A stretch of 64,000 nt of DNA, taken from positions 67,146,001 to 67,210,000 of the forward strand of contig OZ024747.1 of NCBI GenBank assembly GCA_964016885.1, read 5' to 3'. This DNA is from Eledone cirrhosa. Its lineage: Eukaryota. Positions 15,471 through 28,735 of this stretch are shown here, in pieces. Positions within the stretch are counted from its first letter, which is position 1, and each line of letters opens with the position of its first letter. Below the pieces are notes generated by a model that saw only the letters and a program-made list of their open reading frames with translations, did no database searches and was not told the DNA's origin. The position numbers and the translations under genes were made by a program.

Positions 15471-16936
15471 TGCAAGGGATAGATGCTGTTATATTGTCTC
15501 ACATCGGGTCAGTTCAACCAATTATATATAGAGAGTAGAATTGTATAGATTTATGAAATGCGTAAAAATTGAATAGAATGTATTGCAAGTGTTTGAAATA
15601 AATGTTGCCAGTATTCTTCTATATTGTGCTAACCTAACGCGACCTTATCTTTCCCAATATAGATAAAATGATTACTTTTTTGCCAACTTTTGCCATGATA
15701 TCTACGTCAAACGGAACATTCCAGTAACTTAACCTCCGTTAAATATATTTACTAACATGAGGCAAATATTTCCGAAAACTGAAAGAATGGAGTTACAGTA
15801 CAGAACACAATGGCTCACCTTCGGTTCCCATGATGAATGTTTTAGTCGTTTGATCATCATAACAGCCTGCTCATGAAACTAATATGTAATTGGCTGACCA
15901 TTCTGCACCGCGTGTACCCTTAAATTAATTCTCAGGTAGATTCAAAGCTACACGGTTTGTGCCAAAGCTAGCTTTTTGAATTACATGTAACATTCATCCG
16001 ACAGGCTTCCAAAAAGTTTCCGTCTGCACAGTTTCAATCACGAAGCCTATGTCAACCCGAGGCTTTGGTTGCAAAACAGACTTCTAAACGATCTGGCCAT
16101 GGTGCATTCACCGAAAAGAGATAGATAATTATGTAACAGTAGCTATTTAACTCAGCATCCACGTCAACATGTGGTCGATGAATAATTTACCACATGTCTA
16201 AAAGACCGACTATACAAATTGGTTTCCCAAATATTTCTAGTTGGCAGTGGAATAGTAAATGCCTTCGATTGTTAGAATTTATTCTGGTTCTTGCAGCATT
16301 TATTCTGGTTCTTTGCACTCTGATTTCAAATTACGTGGGTGGTAGATTTAATCGGTCGTTCAGTACAATACTATCACTTGACGCTTGTAGTCCTCTAGCG
16401 GATTTAATCTGTTGCAAGCATTCAAGCCAGGTCTCTGCTTTAAGAATACCTCTTCCTCTTCATCCCTCCCTCCATTCCACAAGTCACAGAGGTTTTTAAA
16501 AGTTGCTCTTTATAACTGTCTCTCCACCCTGATTAATTAAAAAAAGCGTCTTCCCTTATGGTAGGTAGGTGGATGGAGAAACCGTTCTGCTAATAAATAA
16601 TAATACATGTAACAATTTTTCTGAAAAGTATAAATTGTCCTGTTTTTGTCTCTACCTGTTTTGTTCCATCACAATGTGCACTGGAATAAATAGTATTAAC
16701 CCTAAAGCATCGAAACAGTAGTGATTTCCAGAGGTTGACTGAAGGGATACGACTGTTTGTTTTCACGTTATTTCTTCCTGTACGCCCACTGTTTTGGAAT
16801 ATATATATGTATATCTGACTCTTATTAGCCCCACATAGCATAGAACAACTTAAGTCGTATAGTCAAGGCTTTTCTACAACGAGAGTGTTCTATAACCAAT
16901 CTTATATACATATATACATACATACACACACGCGCG

Positions 16937-17050
<114 letters not shown>

Positions 17051-17079
17051 ACGCTATACACACGCGCAAATAAATAAAT

Positions 17080-17412
17080 AAACAGATAAATAAAAATGGC
17101 GTAGACATACAATACAACAGGAGGAAACATAATAGTACCACTGATGATATTGCAGATGTGCAACGAAAGAACTTTGTTAGACTATATATATATATGTATT
17201 TATATCTGTACTTTTGACCGTTGGTCAGTCAATGATAAACATTGAGGACAAATGAATTAACTGTGGAGATATAAAAGATACAGAAGTGAGTGTGTTCTAT
17301 TGTTATTTCTGGCAATATTATTACAACAATATGACCCTCCCCAAGTATAACAATATCTGTTTCGATACACGATTTCATATCAAAAACCTCGCAAAACAAA
17401 TTCATCGCCGTC
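17080..17412 (+). mobile_element. ORF-less PLE 3' UTR/terminal repeat (relative of family C)
   Basis: Shares atgaccctccc(c)aagtataacaatatc.gtttc.a.acacgatttca with 12228-12275 and 48836-48885; ends in (TA)n. Confidence 0.7.
17137..17178 (+). ncRNA. Type-I hammerhead motif
   Basis: acca CTGATGA ta TTGCA gatg TGCAA c GAAA gaac TT tgtt; homologous to the 48364-48403 copy. Confidence 0.65.
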
Positions 17413-17426
17413 ATATATATATATAT

Positions 17427-17559
<133 letters not shown>

Positions 17560-17726
17560 TTGCCAACACAAGAGCACGAATGACGGGGTCATTCTACTGA
17601 CATGGGTTTTAAAAGGGTGTTTGCATAATTTCAAACGAATCGAATATTATTATTAATATTCGAAAAATTTAGATTACATTTATTATAAAGGACCCGTCCC
17701 CTCATTCTATATTATTTCCCATTCTT

Positions 17727-17762
17727 TCTTTTGATGAAGAACTAACGTCTGAAACGTTAAGA
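17727..17762 (+). ncRNA. Decayed minimal hammerhead motif in a short PLE-like terminus
   Basis: tctt TTGATGA aga actaacg tct GAAA cg TT aaga; C3 mutated; downstream sequence related to 18360-18450 (-), 2320-2430 (-) and 35021-35135. Confidence 0.5.
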
Positions 17763-17844
17763 CCCTCTTCCTGCTATATCAAGAGTTAACCTAATATATT
17801 CCTTCCAGATACTGTACCGATTGTGTTGTAATTTCTGTTTACCG

Positions 17845-17956
<112 letters not shown>

Positions 17957-18288
17957 GGGTGTATATATATATATATATGGAGGTGGCTGTATCGGTTTTT
18001 CTACACAGAGCTATACACAAACACACACTACAACCACACATATATACACACGTGTGTGTGTGTTTGCATAATCTATACACTCAGTATTTTATCTGGTAAA
18101 TATAATAAAATTATTTGTGACAATCATTAGAGAGCACGAAGTTCAATAGGTGTAAAAGAGTTTATACCCCTCTGGGCAACAATATGATATATAATAGAAA
18201 GAATGACAACGAATGGACACCCGAAATAGCACATTGTTATATTTATTATACAACACACCGCGCACAAACCTACGTGCACATAGACTGA

Positions 18289-18358
<70 letters not shown>

Positions 18359-18714
18359 GTATGTAAAAGGTAAACAGAAATAACAACACAATTGGTACAG
18401 TATATGAAAGGAATATATTAGGTTAACGCTTGAAATAACAGGAAGAAGAAAGAATAAGAAATAAGATAGACTGAAGGGGCAGTTGGGGTGGAATTGGAAA
18501 GAATGTCTTTAGATAAAAATAACAGGTCCTTTCATGTTGACATCTCTCTCTATACGTATATATACTAATTTGAATGATATACAAAAAAGTATTTTTCATA
18601 TAAGTAGTTGAGAAACAACTAGTATTATGTACATACATATAGAAAGACAAATAATAAATGTAGTCCATCATAGAGGTTATCATGCAAAAATTGTCTAAAT
18701 TTCACTTATGCGGC

Positions 18715-18899
<185 letters not shown>

Positions 18900-18925
18900 G
18901 TGTGTGTGTGTGTGTGTGTGTGTGT

Positions 18926-19141
18926 ATTTGGAAATACACTGTATATTTAATTTAAAACATTTTGAAGACTATTCGCTATGAGTTTTAAAGTAGTAACCAT
19001 GTCACTTACTTATTCACGGCAAAAAACAACCTTTTTTTTGCTTTTGTCGAGAATAAATAAGTGACATAGTTACTACTTTAAAACTCATAGCGAATAGTCT
19101 TCAAAATGTTTTTAATTAAACATACAGTGTATTACCAAATA
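18926..19141. repeat. Fold-back palindrome, about 95-bp arms
   Basis: tatttggaaatacactgta..aaaacattttgaagactattcgctatgagttttaaagtagtaac and its reverse complement around a short spacer. Confidence 0.85.
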
Positions 19142-19621
19142 TACTATACATATACTCATGTATACATCGCTATTTCAGAGCACCAGTACTTATATATATA
19201 TATATAGGAAAAAGTTTGACCCCGACGGCAGAGCTCAAGCCGTTTCGACGGCTATTTCTACTACCCTAAGTATTGAGTACTCTGGTGCGTTATGGTCCAT
19301 TTGGTTCCTTACCACAATTCCTTTGTTATATATATATATATATATTAGGAGATTCAGTCGATTTGTGGTTTACTGAGGAAGGTGCCATATTAGCACTCTA
19401 TGCTATAGCAGATTGTATATATTAAGAACAAAACGAGATCTCATATTGAGGTTTTTATTTATTAGGTACAGTTACGAACGTTTCACAGGTGGGTGGCTCA
19501 GTATCCATATTAGTGTTATAGACCATATTGAGTTTAGCCCCAATCTTCCATTGAGGCTGGAGTCGGGTCTATAACATTTTGTCTTTGTTCGTTGTCTTCT
19601 CTTTGTTTATTTCTCTTTATT

Positions 19622-19810
19622 AGGCGTCAGACACCCCGGTAGAGGTCTGACGCCATGCTTTGCAGCAAAGAGTTACATCCCTTTATGGTCTAAGTTCAAA
19701 TCCCGCCAAGGTTAACTTTGCCTTTCATCCTTATGGGGTCGATAAAATAAAGCATCAGTAATACACTGGGATAATTGCTGGCCTTGTGCCAAAAGAGGAA
19801 ACAATTATTA
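19622..19810 (+). mobile_element. tRNA-derived SINE (same family as 2721-2894)
   Basis: aagttcaaatcccgccaaggttaactttgcctttcatccttatggggtcgataaaataaag...ggccttgtgccaaaag, (ATT) tail. Confidence 0.8.
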
Positions 19811-20248
19811 ATTTCGATTGTATTTTTAACATAGTATCTTAATTTCTCCTTCTCGCCTATTTTTCTTTCTTTACCTCCATTTTCAGGCTCACGAGACTAT
19901 CGTTGATATAAAAAAGCACACTACCTTCTCCGACTCGTGACATAAAATGACATGTATACCTGTTATGGCGTCATTGCTGTAAGTTATTGTTTTTTCTTGT
20001 CTTTTACTCCACAGACAGCGCTTTGGCTTGTGTCAGTCAGTGTGACTAGAAGAACATATATACATACATATATACGTGGATACATACATACAAACAAACA
20101 TACATACATTCATGCGTACATTCATCCATACATACATACATACATATACACACACATACATACATACATACATACATACATACATACATACATACATACA
20201 TACATACATACATACATACATACATACATACATACATACATACATACA

Positions 20249-20550
20249 TGATGGCTGCGAACTCTGCTAAGAGTATCGCAATTGCTTGTCAGATTACAGA
20301 AAATGGTGCACTTTTAGGCTACCGCCAGCCACACGAGTCTCCAACAGATCCTGAACAAGCAATGACTGTGCTTTGAAGCTTTTTTAAGTGGGGAAAGGCC
20401 TTGCACTCGACCAATCCCACTCTCTGAGTATCGAAAACACTACCTAAAAAGTAGAACTGATCAACAGTTACCGAAGCCGCAGGTTTTTTTTCAGAGTTTG
20501 CCTCTCTTAGAAAGGTGTTGTGACAACAACTGCGGGCCTTTCACTCCCAG

Positions 20551-20553
<3 letters not shown>
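20249..20553 (-). mobile_element. Diverged RTE-derived short element with (TATG)n tail
   Basis: Colinear similarity to 20716-21240 (gatggctgc.aactc..gagta; ccaatcccactctct; cagagttt.cct.tc.tagaa); a further relative lies at about 29237-29530. Confidence 0.6.
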
Positions 20554-20582
<29 letters not shown>

Positions 20583-20587
<5 letters not shown>

Positions 20588-20645
20588 AAAGTACAATTTC
20601 GATGGCCGTTGACGTCAACGGCCATCGAAATTGTACTTTTCTTTT
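20583..20645. repeat. Perfect spacer-less palindrome, about 60 bp
   Basis: aaagaaaagtacaatttcgatggccgttgac|gtcaacggccatcgaaattgtacttttcttt. Confidence 0.9.
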
Positions 20646-20715
20646 CTTGTATGTATACATACATACATACATACATACATACATACATACATACATACAT
20701 ACATACATACATACA

Positions 20716-21240
20716 TGGTGGCTGCCAACTCGTTTTCGAGTATGGCCACTACTCTATATCCATGTAGGAGAACGCCTACCGATGTGTGACTTTTTAGTCC
20801 AGCCAGCGACTTGAAAACTCTGGTACAAACACTACACTTGTGACAATTATTGACACATATTCTGGGCCCATGGTACCATGTGACGACAAGTGCAGAGAGA
20901 TCTCCAGATATAAAGCAATGTCTGTGCCGTGAAGCTTTTATAGTGAGCAAAGGCACTGCACAAAGCCAGTCCCACTCTCTTAACCAAGATGATATTTACC
21001 AAAAAGAAGAACAAGTCAACATCAATGGATACCATCAGGGTTGCAGGTGTTATATCAGAGTTTTCCTTCTCCTAGAATTCTGCCTTGACAAAGGCTAAGG
21101 GGTCATCTCTCCCGGTGATTTTGGCAGGTTTTGTTTTTAGTCCTGCAAGATGTCCAAAGTCACCCTCCTCACCAAGAAACCTTGGTGGGGTTGCCAGTTT
21201 AGTCGCCAACGACCCGACCATGGGACAGGTTGTACTGGAA
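20716..21240 (-). mobile_element. Bipartite RTE-LINE-derived non-autonomous retroelement with (TATG)n tail
   Basis: Minus strand has RTE-5'-UTR-like ctaggagaaggaaaactctgat, then a C2H2 remnant HKCSVCTRVFKSLAGLKSH, then ctcgaaaacgagttggcagccaccatg(tatg)n; near-identical copy at 42540-43053. Confidence 0.75.
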
Positions 21241-21345
21241 TACATACATACATACATACATACATACATACATACATACATACATACATACATACATACA
21301 TACATACATACATACATACATACATACATACATACATACATACAT

Positions 21346-24300
21346 AAATGGCGACCGTTGTGGTCAGTGTCCGATAATCGGACGTGTGTAATTACGGCTT
21401 ACATGAAGGCAACATACCATATATTGGAAAAAGTTGAGCTACATTACGCGGTAAGATTACATACAATAATTCTACATAAGTGTTTAAACTGTAAGTGTGT
21501 TGTAAAACACCTATTTATATGAACGATACATACACTTATGATATATGAACGATACATACACTTTAACATATAAATGCAACGTTGTTATATTACATTTATA
21601 AAGAAATATACAAGTAACGTTTTCGATTCAGAAACAAAAATATAAGTGTTTGAACTGTGAATATGTTGTGAATAGGTTGTAGAACACCTATTTATATGAA
21701 TGATACATAAACTTTAACATATAAATACCGCGTTGTTATATTATATTACATTCATAAAGGAATATACTAAGTAACGGTTCTTTTTGTTCTCGATTCAAAC
21801 GATCCAAGAACAACGTTTAAAACACAGTTGTAGAATTAAAAACTAACTGAAAAGAAATATTACCCAAGCTGTGAATAACTTTAAATTTGATTCTGACAGA
21901 ACTTTGTCGAAACTTTTAAGGAAGATCATCGACTATTTTGAAAAATAAATACGAAATATTAGTGAGTAGACGAACTCATCATGGCAAAAAGTACAAGTCT
22001 CCTTCGACCAAATCGCAACTACAGCCGTTGTACACAGTGGAGCTACGAGCTAAACAAAGTATTATATGAAGCATACAAACAATCTGAACCCCAAAAGTTC
22101 GGTTTTATGCAAAGGCTAAAAACTTTATGGAACTCCAAACACCCAGAATTAAACTTTTCTCCAAAGCATTTAAATGAACAGGCAAAACGTATCATTAGAT
22201 GTAAATTAATACATCTAACGGAATTGACTGATACTACAAATACACCCCTTGTAGACAACCACCCCACCTCCGCTGACAGACAAAGAGAATGGCCAGCTAA
22301 ATCTAACAGTGAACAGCTCACCAACAATTTTGCTGAAATCCATCCCACTTCCACTGAAGAACAGCGAGAAAGGTCAGCTGACTCTAGTAGTAATTGTCAC
22401 CACATCAACAACGAGGCTGAAATTCATGACTCTACTGTACAAACAGAGCACCAAAAACTTGTGGGCACCCTACAGGTGATATGGAACGATATGTTTCAAG
22501 AGATACACAGCCTTAATGTGAGTGACAGACCATACAACACTAGAGTCAGTAAAGAACCCACTAAATTGGAATTGGAAGCGGTGAACGAAATAGCTGGCAA
22601 TTATCTGAAGGCTATACGATCTAAAGGTGTAGAAACGACATTTGAAACGTTTAATGTTTTGTTATATGTTTCAGCTGTCACATTGCTATCATATAACACA
22701 CATCTAAAACCACGCAATCAAGATACAAACAGAAAGCCTGAACCAGCGTGGATGCGAAATTTAAAAACCAAAATGTTGTCCTTGAGACGAAGTATCTCAC
22801 ACATCGCAGTCGTTATGAAATGCAACATAGAGAGCAACTTCACACGACACCAGGAAGACCTAAAGAAAAAGTTAGAGAGACGATTTGGAGATACAAAATT
22901 TAAAACTTTGAACTCCAAATTACACCAGTTGAAACAACAACTCACAGCTACAACAGAAAGACTAAAATATAAGTCAACAGCACATAAACGACAAGTGCTA
23001 AATAGATTGTTTGCCAGAGATCCTAAATCAGTTTATCGCAGCTTCGGTGGCAAAAGCTCAATCCCTGTAAACGACACCCCTTCAAAAGAACAGGTTGAGA
23101 GCTACTGGAGATCTGTATGGGAAACGGATGACGGATTCAACAGACAAGCTAATTGGCTAAAAGAACTGGAACAGGACTACTGCCAACATGTCCAGACAAA
23201 ACAATATGACATAGATGGGTCAATACTGGAAACAGCTCTACAGAAAATGTCGAATAGGAAATCACCAGGCCCAGACCTCATTACAGGATACTGGTTAAAG
23301 AATTTCACTTTCTATCGGCAAGATCTCATACGGCTGTTTACAGAAACCATTGAGGGCACACAAGAACTGCCCAGATGGTTATCAACTGCCACTACTCTCC
23401 TCATTCCCCAAAATAGCCAAACCGCCCTTGCTAAAAATTACCGCCCAATTGCCTGCCAAAACATCATGTATAAATTATATACTGGGTGCCTTAACCTGTT
23501 CTTACGGGATCACTGTGCTACCAACAACATCATAACACCTGAGCAAGCTGGTGGAAAGAGGGAGGTGTGGGGTTGCATAGATCACCTACTAACTAACAAA
23601 ATGATTCAGGAAAAAACAACAAAGAATCGCAGAAACATGACTGTCGTGTGGCTGGACTATCAAAAAGCATTTGATAGTGTACCTGATGGGTGGATTATTA
23701 AGGCTTTACAGTTAGCTAAAGTCCCACAACCATTGGTAGCTGCTGTTGAACGCCTGACCAAGAACTGGTACACCAATTTGATCCTTAGAGGTGAGAAGGA
23801 GCAGGTTAAGACTGATAAGATACATTACCAGAAGGGCATCTTTCAGGGTGATAGCTTGTCAGTGCTACTCTTCGTTCTCTCACTGAATCCACTATCTTAC
23901 CTACTCAGGAAACAAGGTGGACAAAGACGTGGGCCCAGAAGTATCTCCCATCTTTTCTTTGTTGATGACCTGAAGTTGTATGGGCCAAATATCAATGACA
24001 TCAAGAAACAATTGGACCTCATTACACAATTTTCAACCGACATCAAAATGAAATTTGGTGAGTCCAAGTGTGCATATTTGGCAGTAAAACGTGGAAGAGC
24101 TGTGCCCTCCTCTAGAAATCTAGAGATGAACGGCCTGACAATACAACCTGTGCAATCAGGTGACAACTACAGATATCTTGGACAGGATGAGAATGTCAGA
24201 TATGATGGACCCATAAATAAGAAGAGAACCAAAACTGAATACCTCAGAAGAGTAAAGAAAATATGGTCATCAGAACTGTCAGCATACAACAAATACATTG

Positions 24301-25571
24301 CCCACAATACTTATGCTGTGCCAATTCTAACGCCAACATTTGGCCTACTGAACTGGTCATTACAAGAACTAAGTGAGATGGATGTTAGAACTCGAAAACT
24401 TCTCAGTGTTACTGGCAACTTTAACATCAATGGTGATGTGGATAGGCTATACTTCTCACGCAAGGAAGGTGGCCGGGGTCTAAAATCAATATTAACAACA
24501 TATGAGACCCGGATAGTAACACTGAAGCAACACCTTCAACAGAGGAAAAAGGTTGGCAACCATCTTGCCCAGGTTTATGAGCATGAAAAAAGAAATATCA
24601 TTAGAATAGCGACTGATCTGGAGGAGAGATATAGAATAAAGCCTGATATAAATCTCTCACCCAGAGAAATCGTAAGATCCTATTCAATGTTCAAACAAGA
24701 TAAGAAAATTGACCAATTTACAGAAAAAGTTGTGCATGGATACTTGAGGCGTAAAACACAGACCATAGAGGGGATAAACCACTCAAAAAGCCTGGCATGG
24801 AGTTCCGACAAGTTTATGACATCACACCTTGAGGGATATCTCTATGCAATACAGGAACAAGAACTCCCTACCAAATATCTGCTGCACAAAAGAGGAGGGC
24901 CAGCAGCTGACAATAAATGTAGGCTATGTAAAACAAAGATCGAGGATGTAAGCCAGATTGTTGCCAGCTGCGAAAGAATGTCATCTCGCTACTACCTCCC
25001 CATGAGACACGATGGGATAGCTAGAACCATCTGGAACGCACTTCGGAAAACAAAATTAACAACAAACGAGGAAGAATATATTGAGACAGATGGCACTAAG
25101 GAATACTGGTGGAACCTGAAAATAAAAACTGCCACCAAATTAAAGCACAACCGGCCTGATATTGTAGTTTGGGACCACACATTGAAAACGTGTTCTGTTG
25201 TGGAGATAAGCTGCCCACTTGATGTAAACGTTGTCAGAAAAATATAGGAGAAGGAGGACATCTACGGACCATTGATGAGGAGTTTACAAATCCAGTATCC
25301 AAGATACACCTTTAGCTTCATACCCATCATTATTGGAGCTACGGGTTATATACCAACCCGCTTGGACCAAAGTATGACTGAACTTGGATTTGCGGACAAA
25401 AAGCGCAGCTCCCTAATTCATAGTCTACAAATGGCTGCGATAGCTGGCACCTTCAAAATTTGCAAAACATTCTTGCGATTCAAGGGATGACAATTTCTTT
25501 TCTTTTACAACCTTGCCACCAGGAAGGTGGCCGGTCAAAAAAATATACTCGAAATTAAGAGAAAGAGAAAA
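21346..25571 (+). mobile_element. Near full-length R4/Dong-clade non-LTR retrotransposon inserted in (TACA)n
   Basis: About 630-bp 5' UTR with an internal ~150-bp duplication, single long ORF, short 3' UTR; (TACA)n directly abuts both ends. Confidence 0.9.
21981..25490 (+). pseudogene. RT + zinc knuckle + restriction-like endonuclease polyprotein with one premature TAG (25245-25247)
   Basis: KSPGPD, NYRPIAC, DYQKAFDSV, GIFQGDSLS, FFVDDLKLY, YRYLG, GGRGL, CRLC..VSQIVASC (His replaced by Gln), HNRPDIVVWD..VVEISCP; the same frame continues EKEDIYGPLMRSL..IPIIIGATG to TGA at 25490. Confidence 0.92.
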
Positions 25572-25639
25572 CATACATACATACATATATATATACATAC
25601 ATATATATATATACATACATATATACATACATACATACA

Positions 25640-26130
25640 TGTATATATTTTTATTTCGGACAACCTTCTTACCCAATCCAGTACAATTTACTTTAAATTT
25701 CTCTGGCAAACCGATTCTATTCTTCTAAATTCCACAGTAACTATTTTTCGCACCCCTACTCACCTAAATCCTACATTTACTATAAATACCCCTCATAGTA
25801 GATCATTCTTCACCATAACTGAATTTTCCAATCATAAATACCCCCTATTCCTGCAACAAATGAGACAATTAAATAAACACATAATGTTTACTGGCAACTT
25901 TCTGATAAATTCTTCTAAACATCCCTTCCTTTTCACTGGAATTGTTCGAAAATAGCAACAGGGACCTACTTAACGAGTAAATTGTCAAAGTATTGTGTCA
26001 GGAGAAAAGGAGATTAGCATATAGATATTCAATCCATTGAGGGCAAACCTGCAGTAAGAATCCCTTTGATCACATACAGTTAATAGTTTCCACTCTTTGT
26101 AATAATTCTATTTGAAATTCGTAAGAACAC
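25640..26130 (+). pseudogene. Possible highly decayed PLE RT-thumb remnant
   Basis: TVTIFRTPTH resembles the PLE (V/I)YRKPTH motif; C-rich, G-poor skew like the other PLEs here. Confidence 0.3.
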
Positions 26131-26243
26131 GTTGCAAGCAGTAAATGTTAAATTTGATTACATATTTCCACTTAAATGCACATATACACACGCATATATA
26201 TACACACAGACACACACAGAGACATATATATACATACACACAC

Positions 26244-26286
<43 letters not shown>

Positions 26287-26345
26287 CCTGATACTAATAA
26301 GATTGTGTTTTTGCATCCCTGTGTTTGTGTTGTCATTTCTTTAAA

Positions 26346-26493
<148 letters not shown>

Positions 26494-26583
26494 CACACAT
26501 ACATATGCAGATATATATATATACACACATGCATAAGCAGATAGATATATACCGTATATATAGCAAAAAGCCAACAGTATTCC

Positions 26584-26643
<60 letters not shown>

Positions 26644-26850
26644 TGTATGTATGTATAACAGATCTAATGTGTCAAGTTAAAAAGCCCTTTATACTAGATT
26701 GGTTTGGCAAATAGTAATTTGAAAACTTACTCCATCGCTCACACTTTCTCTCTCGCATAGAGTCGACATGAGCAACAGTGGGAACGACAGCTATATTTGG
26801 TGACCAATCTTATATCTCTCCAGCCTCCGACAATAAAAAAAACACAACTC

Positions 26851-26893
<43 letters not shown>

Positions 26894-27081
26894 CTCTCTC
26901 CTTCTTCTCTCTCTCTCTCTCACTCATTCTCTGTCACTCCATCTCTCTCTCACTCTCTCTCACTCCCTCTCTCTCGCTATCTGTTCATTCCGTCGATCTA
27001 TCTATCTATTTAATTTCTCTCTCTCTCTCCCCCTCTCTCTCTCTCTCTCTCTCTCTCCATCTCTCTCTCTCTCTCTCTGTA

Positions 27082-27134
<53 letters not shown>

Positions 27135-27176
27135 ATGATATTAATAAAATGGAAACTATATTTATAACACCATATT

Positions 27177-27237
27177 TATTCTATTGTATATATTTCAAGG
27201 GTACCAAAACTTTGGTACGCTCTCATCAGATAAAATA
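27177..27237 (-). ncRNA. Type-I hammerhead motif, cleavage-site U mutated
   Basis: Minus: tattttat CTGATGA gagc GTACCAAA gt TTTGGTAC cctt GAAA tatata CA atagaata. Confidence 0.7.
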
Positions 27238-28050
27238 CAGAGCTTGTTTTATAAATATTGACATATCCAGGAATGAGACTTGAACGGTTCAAGTTTTACC
27301 TGCTTCGAATCTGTTATAAATATATATATTTGTTGAATTACCAACAAATTAAATATCCCTTTGCTTATATATATATATATATATCTTTCTAAACCTAACT
27401 CTGACTCTATCTATCAATACTATACTGTCCTATCTTCAGACTGCTACTGGGATTTGGGCTTTGTAATTGTTGTTGTTTAGGTTGTTCTTGTCCATATATC
27501 GATATGCTGGTAAATATACTTCAAAAGATAACTATAGATTATCATTCTGAAAGATAATAGAGAGGTAGGTGGATAGATATGTAGATAGACATATAGGTAA
27601 ATAGAAGGATAGATATACGAGTTTGTATGTTGATACAGAGCTAAATAAGTGTAGATATATAGTTAAATAATAGATAGATTAGTAGATACAAAAATATGTA
27701 GATAAATAGGCGAGTTGATAGGTAGATATAGAGACAGGTATTTAAATAAAGACACAGCAGGTACTAATATCTATTATGGTCTTGTGGATGCACAGGTGAA
27801 ACTTGAAAGTAACAAGACTCATCATAAATATACACATTTTAAATTGGAAAAAATGATCGGTTTATAATAAATATTTATATACGCAGTTTCGGTTACCTAC
27901 TCTGTATATATACAGATATAACTTTATCGTAAACTGCGGCTGCTTAGCGTATTTCTTTATAAATATGACATTGAAACCTCCCCCACTTCCACCAAGCGTG
28001 AACCTAATATAACTGTAAAATTGCCTCCTTTGTTTTCGTTCGTTCATTTC

Positions 28051-28109
<59 letters not shown>

Positions 28110-28559
28110 TACATACATACATATATATATATTAGCGGAAAATGTAGTTACGTAAGAGGACCATTGCATCTCTTCCTCGTAAGCCACCTTGCTGGCAGTG
28201 CAGTTTCGTACATTAATGTGGTACTGCACCTGTGATATCAGTTTGCCCAACAGAACAAATTGAGCATGTGAGGCGATAACAAATTAACAAAAGGATACGA
28301 AAATGTACAGTTTAATGCATATTTTGTGTTTACATCTTATCTGCTAAATTGTGTGCAGCAAGAAGTGTGATTAACTACAAGAACCAATAAGCAACCTACA
28401 CTTCTACCCGCACATATTCCCAACCCATCCCTTTAACAGACATGAAATGAACATATTGGCGTCTGAAATATAAATTGCTTTCACTATTGGCTGATAATTC
28501 CATTTTATTATTTTCAAATAAATTTTTCTTTTGCCATCGTAATCTTCGAATTCATTTCA

Positions 28560-28735
28560 GTCAATTTCCAGCAATCCATACTGGTCGCCGTCGAGATGTC
28601 ACATGATTTCCTTCGTGAAATCAGAAAGACAGCAGTCCGCCTGAGGAAGGAACCCCGTGAGATGATGTGGCTGTCGCTGGCCAATCTCCGTGGCAATACC
28701 TTTGATATTTTTATCCGCGGGGTGTAGCTGTAACA
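28560..28735 (+). pseudogene. Possible decayed 3' end of a CRE-like restriction-endonuclease LINE
   Basis: GC-richer island translating as LVAVEMSHDFLREIRKTAVRLRKEPREMMWLSLANLRGNTFDI, reminiscent of the C-terminal RE..wL...LS.A..RGNA..I pattern; recognised by eye only. Confidence 0.35.

Noticed and set aside
21346-21420. HDV-like ribozyme at the 5' end of the R4/Dong element
   Set aside because: A gtccgat-a-atcggac hairpin is visible, but I could not assign the nested double pseudoknot by eye; needs a descriptor search
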